Shown: positions 17,495 through 45,465 of the stretch, piece by piece | How the letters are laid out: every line of letters begins with the position of its first letter | How positions within the stretch are numbered: position 1 is the stretch's first letter | NCBI RefSeq assembly: GCF_009914755.1 | Contig: NC_060925.1 | Reading direction: 5' to 3' (one strand) | Origin: the human T2T-CHM13v2.0 reference genome, Homo sapiens | DNA: 64,000 bases | The notes under the pieces: model-generated | Seen by the model: only the letters and a program-made list of their open reading frames with translations | Databases searched by the model: none | What the model was told of the DNA's origin: nothing | Position numbers and translations under genes: made by a program

Positions 17495-17544
17495 AATAAA
17501 AATTTAAGTACACATTTAAAAAAGAAACAAACATACGTGCTCTA

Positions 17545-20640
<3,096 letters not shown>

Positions 20641-21414
20641 AAAAAACCAATAGTCTAGAATCTCATTTTAAAAACTCACCCCGACCTCAGTAATTCCTCC
20701 AACCACTATGCCATTTTTCTGCTTTCATGGTAAAATATAGTTTATTGTCTTTTATTTCCTCACTTCCCAATTCACTCTTTTTAAAAAACTTTTAAAAACA
20801 TTTAGCAACATAATATGTGCACATGATTAAAAGATCAAATTGCATGTAAGAGTTGATAATGAAAAGCAATAGTCTCCATCCCACCTGCTTTCTCCTCTTT
20901 CTGGATCCACATCCCTAGAGACAAACACCGTAAACATTTTTTATGTTTAGTTATTTTGGTGATTGTTTCTGCATTTCTAAATAGTATGCCCATACTGTTT
21001 TTTCTCAGTCAAATTTATTTATTGTCCTCTGAGTTTCTGCTGTGATAGATGAGGGCTCATCTCAATTTTAACAGCCTCTGCTCCTGCTGGCTGCTTTCTC
21101 CACAGATTTCATAAAGTGTTTTTATTTTCTCTTTTGTTTACTCTTGTAGACTTAAGCAATTAATATATATAAGCACATATTTCTTGTTCTATCACTATCA
21201 CAAGTTTTATCACTCTCTCTTGATTTCATAGGATATTAGCATTCCTTTCCCGCTACCTTTTCTTTTTCTTCTCCACCTTTCGTGTCCTGACAGCTCTGCC
21301 TTTACATTTATAGCATTATAATTGGATAAGTTAACTTTTGTTCTATAACTGTTATGAACACTTCAGTGTTTTCCTCTGTAAATTGGATTCACATGTTAAA
21401 AACCAATGAAAATA

Positions 21415-22700
<1,286 letters not shown>

Positions 22701-22951
22701 CTTTATGATTTTCTGTTCTGTATTTTAGTGGAATATTATTCCAAACATATTCCTTCCTTAGTGTTGGCATATCTCAGTTAATGGTATTGTTGTCTACCCA
22801 ATTGGTCATGCCAACATTCTAGAAGTTATCCTTATTTCTTTCTTTCCTTCATAGCCAGTCCACCAGTAATTCCTGGTGATTCTGATTCTTGAATTGAGCC
22901 TCTTCTTTCTGTCTCTATTACTACTACTCTAGTCCATTTGTTCTCAGTAGA

Positions 22952-23146
22952 ATTGTGGTTCTCAACAGTGGTTGCCCCCCAAGGGACAGTTGTTAATGTC
23001 TGGAGCCATTTTGGGTCGTCACACATAAAGGTGCTATTGGCATCTAGTGGGTAGAGGCCAGAAATGTGGCTCAACAGCCTAAAATCCATAGGAAAGCCCT
23101 TCACAACAAAGAATAATCCAGCCCAAAATGTTAGTGCTGAGGTTGT
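22952..23146 (+). mobile_element. MER20 (hAT-Charlie) immediately upstream of LINC00467 exon 2
   Basis: gtggttctcaac...ccccccaagggaca...ggcatctagtgggtagaggcca...aagaataatccagcccaaaatgttagtgctgaggttg. Confidence 0.75.
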
Positions 23147-23251
23147 TATCATTTTCATTTTCTTTGTCCCCAGAAATATTTTGCATTTTAAATTCTCTAA
23201 TAATGTGTCAATATTTTGGTTTTATAGACATGGCAGGGAGGTTTAATAGAC

Positions 23252-23309
23252 ATGGATAAGAAGTCCACTCACAGAAATCCTGAAGATGCCAGGGCTGGCA
23301 AATATGAAG
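23252..23309 (+). CDS. LINC00467: LINC00467 microprotein coding exon A (exon 2 = 23228-23309): MDKKSTHRNPEDARAGKYE
   Basis: Acceptor tttatag| at 23227. ATG at 23252 in context gacATGG (G at -3 and +4). Donor GAAG|gtagga. Confidence 0.85.
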
Positions 23310-23438
23310 GTAGGAGTTTATGCTTGCTTTAAGGCCTTTTGAGTAATTTAAGATACATTTTATGAATTAATGTGTATGTTTCTCATATGTTGCTAATATT
23401 TGGGAAAGTAATTGTGTTCCATTTTATATCTCTTTAAG

Positions 23439-23588
23439 GTAAACACAAACGAAAGAAAAGAAGAAAGCAAAACCAAAACCAGCACCGATCCCGACATAGA
23501 TCAGTGACGTCTTTTTCTTCAGATGATCCTATGTTTCCTTCTTCCTCATCATCGTCTTCAGGAAGCCAGACAGATTCAAGTATTGAAG
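23439..23588 (+). CDS. LINC00467: LINC00467 microprotein exon B: (G)KHKRKKRRKQNQNQHRSRHRSVTSFSSDDPMFPSSSSSSSGSQTDSSIE
   Basis: ctctttaag| acceptor and GAAG|gtatgt donor. 150 nt, phase 1-1, open. Confidence 0.88.
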
Positions 23589-25336
23589 GTATGTTTATCA
23601 TCCTGTTAAGGTTTCATATTTATAAGTTAGGTGATTTAGAAAAAAAATACTAAACATGTTATAATTTTTGTTTATTCAACTAATATTTATTGAGCATACT
23701 CACTATGTACCAGACATAATGGTAAACATGCCATGGTCCCTTCAGACAAGGAACTTTTATTATATTAAGCAATATTAGGAATGATAGAGGAGTTAAAAAG
23801 AATAAAAAAGAAAATATATTAGGCAATAAAACAAGCAAATACTTCATTACAATGCAGGTGAGTGCTATTACTTCACCTGCATATGTCATGGGGACAAGGA
23901 AGGGCTTTGGAGAGGAAATGATTATCTAAACTGAGAGGTGGAGGATGAATAGGCATTTTCAAGCAAAGGCAAGGAAGTGAAATTACGGAATATTTATTAT
24001 AGGCTAAAGAAATTGCATGTGCTAACCACTATTAACATTTGGGTTCCTAATTCAAGTAATATGTCCCAGCTGCAAAGGGAGCTGGGGAAGCAAGATTGGC
24101 TTCTTCAGCACTGATGGTGAAAGGCATGTGGACAAATATTCACTGAACATAGGAGGCGGAATCAGATACTAGGCAATCAAAATATAACAAATGTTCTCCA
24201 CACTCAACCCTAGACAAGATCAGTTGACTGGCTCACTTTAAATTACTCCTTTGTCTCACCTACCTTTACTCTCTCAATGTTTGTAAGTTGTGTTGTAATT
24301 AGTTTTTCTATCGGCTAATTTGGTATTAATAAGTAGCATACTTGTAACTCTGCTTCTTGTTCCATCAATTGTAGTCAATTATTTTATTCTGTCTTACATA
24401 AGTTAAATATATTGGTATATCTATCCTTTCCTCCATTTTTTTCTCCCCATTGTCTTCTTTTAGGTTTTCAGTAGTTAATATCTACAACAAGAATTGTCTT
24501 TCTTTTTTCGTTCATAGATTCACTTTAAATCTTTAAGACCAATAATTAGCATTTAAATCACTATCATTATATAAATAGTGTTACTACAGTGCCAAGTCAT
24601 ATGCAAGAATTGCATTTCCATTTCATGGATCTAATATTATGATTGCTAGGACTCTCAAAGGAGAATGTTTTAGTCACAGCATCAAGTACATCATTTATAT
24701 TCTATCAGTTGCTTAAAACCGTGCTGTATCTTAGTTTTTGCTTCGTATTCGAACCATCACTTTCTCATAGTTTTTGTTTTTCTTAGAGTTTCTAGTTCTC
24801 CCTCTTGTTTTTATTGTTGACAAAAAGATCATATAACTGCCATAATGAAAAGATTTTCCATCCTTTTAATTATACTATTCCTTAGAGTTCATTTCTTTTC
24901 TCTGGAGATGTTCTTGCCTGCCTAGTGTAGTCTAGACCATTTTCTACCCTCAAGGCCTGCTATATCTCTTATCCTAGGATCTCCCCTCGCTGGTCTTCTG
25001 GGTTGGATCCATTGTTTTCTTAGATTCATGTCTTCCTGTCTCTTAGTGTTCTGCCTTGACTGTTAGAGTACACTGTCAAATAACTTTTTACAAAATGTTG
25101 TCTGGGAAGTAAATTTTCTGAGTCTTGGCATATCTCAAAATGTCATTATTCTACCCTCCCACTAATTGATAATTTCAAAATGATTCTTCCCAAACCCAGT
25201 TTCCAGAAGCAGGCATTTCAAACTCTTTTAGCAGTCTGTTTTGATACCTATCTCTGATAGATATGATTCCATAATTTGTTTATGTAATCATTTCTACATT
25301 TTTCAGTTTTAGGCTCTATGGATGATTAGAATTTAG

Positions 25337-28217
<2,881 letters not shown>

Positions 28218-28378
28218 AATTAAACAGTTTTATCTGCTATTTGTATCTTGTAAGATTCTTCCAACAAGCATAATAAAGTTGATTAAAATATCAATTATTT
28301 TAATCCTTCAAATTCTTTAATCAGTAAAATAATTTTTAATGTTAGAGCTGAAACTTCCAAATCTTTTTAAACTTTTAG

Positions 28379-28443
28379 ATGCTGCCAAGGGAAAAATTAA
28401 GAAGAAGAGAAGAGAGAAAACAAATAAATGGGAAAAAAGAAAG
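28379..28443 (+). CDS. LINC00467: LINC00467 microprotein exon C: (D)AAKGKIKKKRREKTNKWEKRK
   Basis: cttttag| acceptor and AAG|gttagt donor (alternative donor gtgagt at 28454). 65 nt, phase 1-0, open. Confidence 0.85.
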
Positions 28444-29642
28444 GTTAGTAATTGTGAGTAATATAAGAATAAGATTTGGCTATTAGAGGATATTGTACGT
28501 ATTAATTAAGAAACAGAATCTATAAGGAATTTGAAGAGATAAAAGTCAAAGATTGGTTAACATGGTAGTTAACATGGTGCTAAGCTTATAGTGTCCTTTG
28601 CTGCTTTTCAAATACTTCTCAGAAAACTATGCAGACGGGTAAAACCTTATAATTACAATTCTTTAGATTCTTTTTAATTTTGGTGTTAACATAGTTATAA
28701 AATAGCCTATGTGCTTTGAAATAAATGCAAGTAATAGAGACATAAATTAAATGAAAGGTAAAATAGCTACACTCTTTTCTCTTTATTTAATTTCCCTATG
28801 GGTATCACTCAAGTATTTGCTGTACAACCTTAGATTTTTCCTCTGTGCACGTGGAAATAAATAAAATTAATATAAATAAATATGTATAGTTTTATGTACT
28901 ATATAATACACATATAATTTTATGCTAACAAAAATAGTCTATCAATTTGCTTCTCTAAATTTATTTCATATAATAGTTTATGAACTATGTGTAACATATA
29001 TAAAACAGACAATAGTAAAGCATCATGAACCTATTTAACTAGAACATTACCAATTATGATTATCTTTCAGTATTTTTCTTCCTCCTTCTATTCACTTGCC
29101 TTCGCATTAAAAGTAATATCCTAAATTTTGTGTTGCTCCTTCTCATGCCTTTTGAAAATCACTTTATTACAAATGGATGTATGTTGAAATATTATTTTGT
29201 TTAGCTTATTTGGTTTGGGGTTTTATAAGAATAATATATTTTCTGCAGTTTTCTCTAGCTACTTTTTCACACAATATTTTGTTTTTATGATGTATTCATA
29301 TTTTTGTGTAGCTGTAGTTCATTAATTTTCTCTGCCATATAATACTCTATTGTGTGAATAAAGCACAATTTATCCATTGTCCTGTGGATGGACATTTACG
29401 ATGTTTCTAATTTTTTTCCTTGTATTTAAAAAAAGATTTTGTGAGTACCCAGTAGGTGAGTGTATTTATGGGATATATGAGATATTTTGATACAGGCATG
29501 CAATGCATAATAATCCTATCAGGGTAAATGGGGTATCCATCACCTCAAGCTTTTATCCTTTCTTTGTGTTACAAACAATTCACTTACACTCTTTTAGTTA
29601 TTTTATTTTATTTTTTATTCTTATTTATTTTTATTTGTTTGA

Positions 29643-29959
<317 letters not shown>

Positions 29960-30140
29960 TGACTGTAATCACCCTGTTGTGCTATAAAATACGAAATCTT
30001 ATACATTCTAGCTATATTTTTATACTCATTAATCATCCTCCTTTCCCCACCTTCAACTACCCTTCTAAGCCTCTGGTAACGATCGTTCTGGTATCACCAT
30101 GAGTTTATTTGTTTTCATTTTTAGCTCCCACAAATAGGTG

Positions 30141-30330
30141 ACAACATGTGAATTTTGTCTTTCTGTGCCTGGCTTTTGTCACTTAACAATGACCTCCATT
30201 TCCATCCCTTGTTGCAAGTGACAGCATCTCATTTTTTTTTTTTTTTTGGCTGAATAGTGCTCCGTTGTGTATTTGTACCACATTCATCTGTTGATGGACG
30301 TTTAGATTGCTTCCAGATCTTGGCTATTGT
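30141..30330. repeat. 190-bp direct repeat, copy 1 (left flank of the HERV fragment)
   Basis: Matches 32450-32638 except for 2 substitutions and one T in a homopolymer. Confidence 0.97.
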
Positions 30331-30924
30331 TGCTGAATTCTTTTTCTCAGCATGGAACGTCCCTGAGAAAGAGAATGCACGCCTAGGGGTAGGTCTCTGA
30401 ACTGGCCCCCCCGGGGCGTACCTGTCTCTTATGGTTGAGACTGCAGGGACGAAATAAACTCCAGTCTCCCATAGCGCTCCCAGGCTTATTAGGAAGAGGA
30501 AATTCCCACCTAATAAATTTTGGTCACACCGGTTGATCTCAAAACCCTGTCTCCTGATAAGATGTTATCAATGACAGTGGTGCCCAAAACTTCATTAGCA
30601 ATTTTAATTTCGCCTCGGTCCTGTGGTCCTGTGATCTCGCCCTGCCTCCACTTGCCTTGTGATATTCTATTACCCTGTTAAGTACTTGATGTCTGTCACC
30701 CACACCTATTCGTATACTCCCTCCCCTTTTGAAACTCCCTAATAAAAACTTGCTGGTTATTGTGGCTTGTGGGGCATCATGGATCCTACCAACGTGTGAT
30801 GTCTCCCCCGGACGCCCAGCTTTAAAATTTCTCTTTTGTACTCTGTCCCTTTATTTCTCAAGCCAGCCGACGCTTAGGAAAATAGAAAAGAACCTACATG
30901 ATTATCGGGGCAGGTCCCCCGATA
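30331..30924 (+). mobile_element. 5'-truncated MER11-type LTR (HERV-K11/HML-8)
   Basis: Begins mid-LTR at gctgaattcttttttctcagc. AATAAA at 30741. Ends ...gaaaagaacctac...ggggcaggtcccccgata. Followed by tRNA-Lys-type PBS tggcgcccacgtgg at 30927. Confidence 0.8.
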
Positions 30925-32441
30925 TCTGGCGCCCACGTGGTCTTTCTTTTTTCCTAAGTGCATGAGGGAACCCGATTCCCTTTGGTAGGTGCGGTGAAAC
31001 ATCAATCGGCTTGGTCCACAGATAAGCGTGTTCAACTCCCCGACGAGTGGTGAGTAATCTGTGTAAGGTCTGGGTTAACTATGGGTCATTTGTAATCTAA
31101 GAAACTCCTGTTAAAACAGGTAACCATGAAAAATATGATCACTCTATTCAGGACAGTAGAAAAATACTGTTCTTGGTTTCCTGAAAAAGGAACCGTGTAT
31201 ATAAAATTGTGTCATTTTGTTATCACTCTATTCAGGGCAGTACAAAAATACTGTCCTTGGTTTCCTGAAAAAGGAACCGTGTATATAAAATTGTGTGATT
31301 GTGTTCGTAAAGCATTCCGAAAACTGGTCTCGGCAGGGTATTATGTTCCCATCACTGTTTGGGGTGCTTGGGCCTTGGTGCATGCCATCTTAGTGGCTTG
31401 CCAATCTCGTGACCCCCTGCAGTTGCCGCAGTTTTCTGCCTTTTCCTCAGTTTCTCTGCCTTTTTCTCAACCTTCCTCTACCACATGGCCTTCGTTCAGA
31501 CTCTCCCTTCAGCTACTCCTCCCCTACCTAATGATTCTGAAAATTCGATGTCTAACTCTGGTAACTTTGGCTTAAAGTTACCCCCTACTTTTCTTACTTC
31601 TTCTCACGAAAAGCCAGTACTTCAAACTCCTGCGGCTGCGACTCACACAGCCCGGTGCCATAGATATGCTAATTCTTCTCTCTTCAAACCTCCAGCATCA
31701 ACTAATGGCTCTGGGACCAAACTACAATTTACCTATCATTCTCCAGGCCCTCCCCCATCCACTACAGCCCCTCACCCTCCTGTCGTTTCAGTTCCTCAAC
31801 CGGTCTGCATCGATACGCGCCGCTGAATCTTACCTTTTTAAAAACAATTTAAGGATGCTTGTACTCAGTATGGTCCTACTTTTCCTTATGTTCAAATGGT
31901 ATTGCAAACTTTTTGTACTGAGGTCGCTTTGCTTCCTTTAGACTGTGACCTTTTGGCAAAAAGCTGTTCTAACTCCATCTCAGCCTGGTGGTCAGAGGAG
32001 GCCTGTTTGCAGGCTCAGCTAAATCGGAGTAATGACATTCTAGTTACTCAGGCTCAGCTCACAGGCTCCAATAGTTTCTCTGATACTTATGCCCAATTAA
32101 ACTTTGATACTTTTACCACAAAACAAGTAACAAAGGTGTGTATGAGAGCTTAGGATAGATTACACTCCCCAGGCCAAGCTCCTGTTTCTTTTACTGCTGT
32201 TAAACAAGCTCAATTGCTTTCACTACCTAATATCGTTTTAAACGAAGGAGATAAGACATGTGGCCCTGGGATGGGCTCCGGAAGTGAAAAGGCCGCTTAT
32301 TGGGTTAATGTAATTTCTAAACAACGGCCCACCTACACCATACACATTAAAGGAAAAAAGTTTGAGGGCCTAGTGGATACTGGTGCTGATGTTTCTGTTA
32401 TTTCCTCTAGTTTATGGCCTTCCTCTTGGCTTAAACATCCC
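30925..32441 (+). pseudogene. HERV-K (HML-8-like) internal fragment: leader, degenerate gag, partial pro
   Basis: Betaretroviral matrix-like YCPWFPEKGT (ORF 31126). Aspartic protease motif KFEGLVDTGADVSVI (ORF 32214). Frameshifted, internally deleted, ends abruptly within pro. Confidence 0.85.
31138..31305 (+). repeat. 84-bp x2 in-frame tandem duplication in gag
   Basis: Units 31138-31221 and 31222-31305, about 5 differences. Confidence 0.93.
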
Positions 32442-32449
32442 ACAACATC

Positions 32450-32638
32450 ACAACATGTGAATTTTGTCTTTCTGTGCCTGGCTTTTGTCACTTAACTATG
32501 ACCTCCATTTCCATCCCTTGTTGCAAGTGACAGCATCTCATTTTTTTTTTTTTTTGGCTGAATAATGCTCCGTTGTGTATTTGTACCACATTCATCTGTT
32601 GATGGACGTTTAGATTGCTTCCAGATCTTGGCTATTGT
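32450..32638. repeat. 189-bp direct repeat, copy 2 (right flank of the HERV fragment)
   Basis: See copy 1. The host L1 continues normally after it (...ggctattgtgaataatgctgc). Confidence 0.97.
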
Positions 32639-33902
32639 GAATAATGCTGCAGTAAACACCAGAGTGCAGATATCTCTTTGACATACTGATTTCCTTTCTT
32701 TTGGGTCTATACCTAGGAATGAGATTGTTGGATCTTATGGTAGCTCTCTTCTTAGTTTTTTGAGGAACTTCCAAACTGTTCTCCATAGTGGTTATACTAA
32801 TTTATATTCCTGCCAACAGTGTATGAGGGTTCCCCTTTCTCAGCATCCTTCTCAGCATTTGTTATTGCCTGTCTTTTGGATAAAACCGATTTTACCTAGG
32901 GTGAGATGATATCTCATTATAGTTTTGATTTGCATTTCTTTGATAATCAGTGATGTTGAGCACCTTTTCATATGCCTGTTTGCCATTTGTGTGTCTTCTT
33001 TTGGGAAATGTCTATTCAGACCTTTTGCCCATTTAAAAATAGGATTATTAGATTTTTTCCTATAGAGTTGTTTGAGCTTGTTTTATATTCAAGGGTTATC
33101 AATCCCTTGTCAGAAGGATAGTTTGAAGGAATTTTCTCCCATTCTGTGGGTTGTCTCTTCATTTTGTTAATTGTTTCCTTTGCAGTGCAGAAGCTTTTTA
33201 ACTTCATATGATCCCATTTGTACATTTGTGTTTCAGTTGCCTGTGCTCGTAGGGTATTACTCAAGAAATCGTTGACCAGTCCAATGTCCTAGAGAGTTTC
33301 TCCTAATGTTTTCTTGTAGTAGTTTTATAGTTTTTGGTCATAAATTTAAGTCTTTAATACATTTTGATTTGATTTTTGTATCTGGCAAGAGATGGAGGTC
33401 TAGTTTCATTCTTCTACATATGGATATCCAATTTTCCCAGCACCATTTATTGAAGAGAATGTCTTTTCCCCAATATATCCTTTTGGTACCTTTGTCAAAA
33501 ATGAGTTCACTGTAGATGTACGTGTTTGTTTCTGGGTTCTCTATTCTGTTCCATTGGTCTGTGTGTCTGTTTTTATGCCAGTACCATGCTGTTTGGGTTA
33601 CTGTAGCTTTGTAGTATAATTTGAAGTCAAGTAATGTGATTCCTCCAGTTTTGTTCTTTTTGCTCAGGATAGCTTTGGCTATTCTGGGTCTTTTCTTGTT
33701 CTGTATAAATTTTAGGACTTTTTTTCCAATTTGGTATTTTCATAGGGATTGCATTAAATCTGTAGACTGCTTTAGAGAGTATGGATATTTTAACAATATT
33801 GATTCTTCCAATCCATGAACATGGACTATTTTTTCTTTTTTGTGGTCTTTTTAATTTCTTACATCAATGTTTTATTCTTTTCATTGTAAAGATCTTTCAC
33901 TG

Positions 33903-43800
<9,898 letters not shown>

Positions 43801-44423
43801 AAAGAAGACACATCGAATACTAATAAAATAAATATAACAAAATACAGTAATTAAAATGTAAAATAACAGAATTTTTCTTACTAGTATCAGTATAGTGATT
43901 CTTAAATTATTTTTATTGTAAGATTGAGCAAATGAATAAACGTGAAGTGGTTGAAAAAACCAGGGTTTTCACTGTGGAAGAAGAAAGACACAAATACAGA
44001 ATGGAGGAAGACAAAGAAGAACCTGTGGGACTTGATCGAGATTTGAAATTAATCAATTTAAACTTAGGATTTCTAGAATATTTCCTACCTCTGTAGCTGA
44101 AAGGGTCTAGAAATAGTGGTACCCTAATAGCAATGAAGACACCTAGTGTTCAGTTCATGGTTTCTAAATACCATTCTCTACTAAAAGGAGCTAGTACTCC
44201 TTGGTTACTCCTTGGTAAAATGGCTGGCTCTAAGGCTAAGTCAAGAAAGTGAACACAGAGAAAAATAATAATTTTGTAGTGGTGGAGAAGCCTTGTAGAC
44301 ATTACTGAATCAAGTGATCAAAATTAGCATTATCAATAATGAGACAAATCAAAATTGTGTGACTCCTGTTGGGATGCATTGAGAAGAACACAGCATCACT
44401 GATGTGATATTCCTGCCAAAGAT

Positions 44424-45065
44424 GTTGTCCTAGTTCAGAGTGCTATAACAAATTACCATGGGCTGGGTGGCTTAAACAACATACTTTTATTTCTCACACT
44501 TCTGGAGGCTGAAAATGCAAGATCAGGGTGCCAGGGTGATTCTGTTCTTTGTGAATGCCCTTTTCCTGGTTTACAGAAGGTGGTTTTCTTGCTGTCTCAA
44601 ATGACAGAAAGAGAGCTAGCTATTCTTTTTATAAGGACACTAACCTCTTTCATGAGGGCTCCACCCTCATGACCTAATTACCTTGCAAAGCTGCCACCTC
44701 CAGGCCAGGTGCCATGGCTCACACCTGTAATCCCAGCAGTTTGGGAGGCCGAGGCGGGCAGATCACTTGAGGTCAGGAGTTCAAGACCAGTCTGGCCAAC
44801 ATGGTGAAACCCCATCTCTAATAAAAATACAAAAATTAGCCGGGTGTAATCCCAGCTACTCAGGAGGCTGAGGCAGGAGAATGGCTTGAACCCAGGAGGT
44901 GGAGGTTGTGGTGAGCTCAGATTGCATCACTGCACTCCAGCCTGGGCGGCAGAGTGAGACTCCATCTCAAAAAAAAAAAAAAAAAGCCACGTCCAAATAG
45001 CATCATATTGGATTAGAGTTTCAGTGTATGAATTTTGGGAGGTGACACAGAAAATTCATTCCATT
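44424..45065. mobile_element. MLT1-type MaLR LTR with a nested Alu (+) at 44703-44985
   Basis: gctataacaaattaccatgggctgggtggcttaaacaac...ttcatgagggctccaccctcatgacctaatt. Confidence 0.7.
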
Positions 45066-45465
45066 GCAGATCCATAACCTAAATCTAATAATGAGAAATC
45101 ATTATACATGCCTAAATTGAGAGACATTCTACAAAACAACTGGTCTGTAATCTTCAAAACTGTCATCATTAAAGTCAAGGTAAAACTGAAGAACTGTTCC
45201 AGATTGAAGGAGATTAAAGAGACATGCCATTTAAATGCAGTGCCTGATTCTGACCTGAGTCCTTTAGCTATAAAGGACATCAATCTTTTATCTATAAAGG
45301 ACTTGGAAAAACTTGGATGCTGTTTGAAAATTAGATGATAGTAATGTATTAGTGTGAATTTCCTGATTTTGACCTCAGATTGTGGTTACATAGGAGAATG
45401 TCCTTGTTTGTTGGATGACAACTTACTGGAAATACTGTATTTGCAACTTTTCTGTAAGTTTTAGA

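Noticed and set aside
31126-32495. HERV gag/pro ORFs as functional genes
   Set aside because: Frameshifted, internally deleted, and the protease is truncated shortly after the DTG motif.
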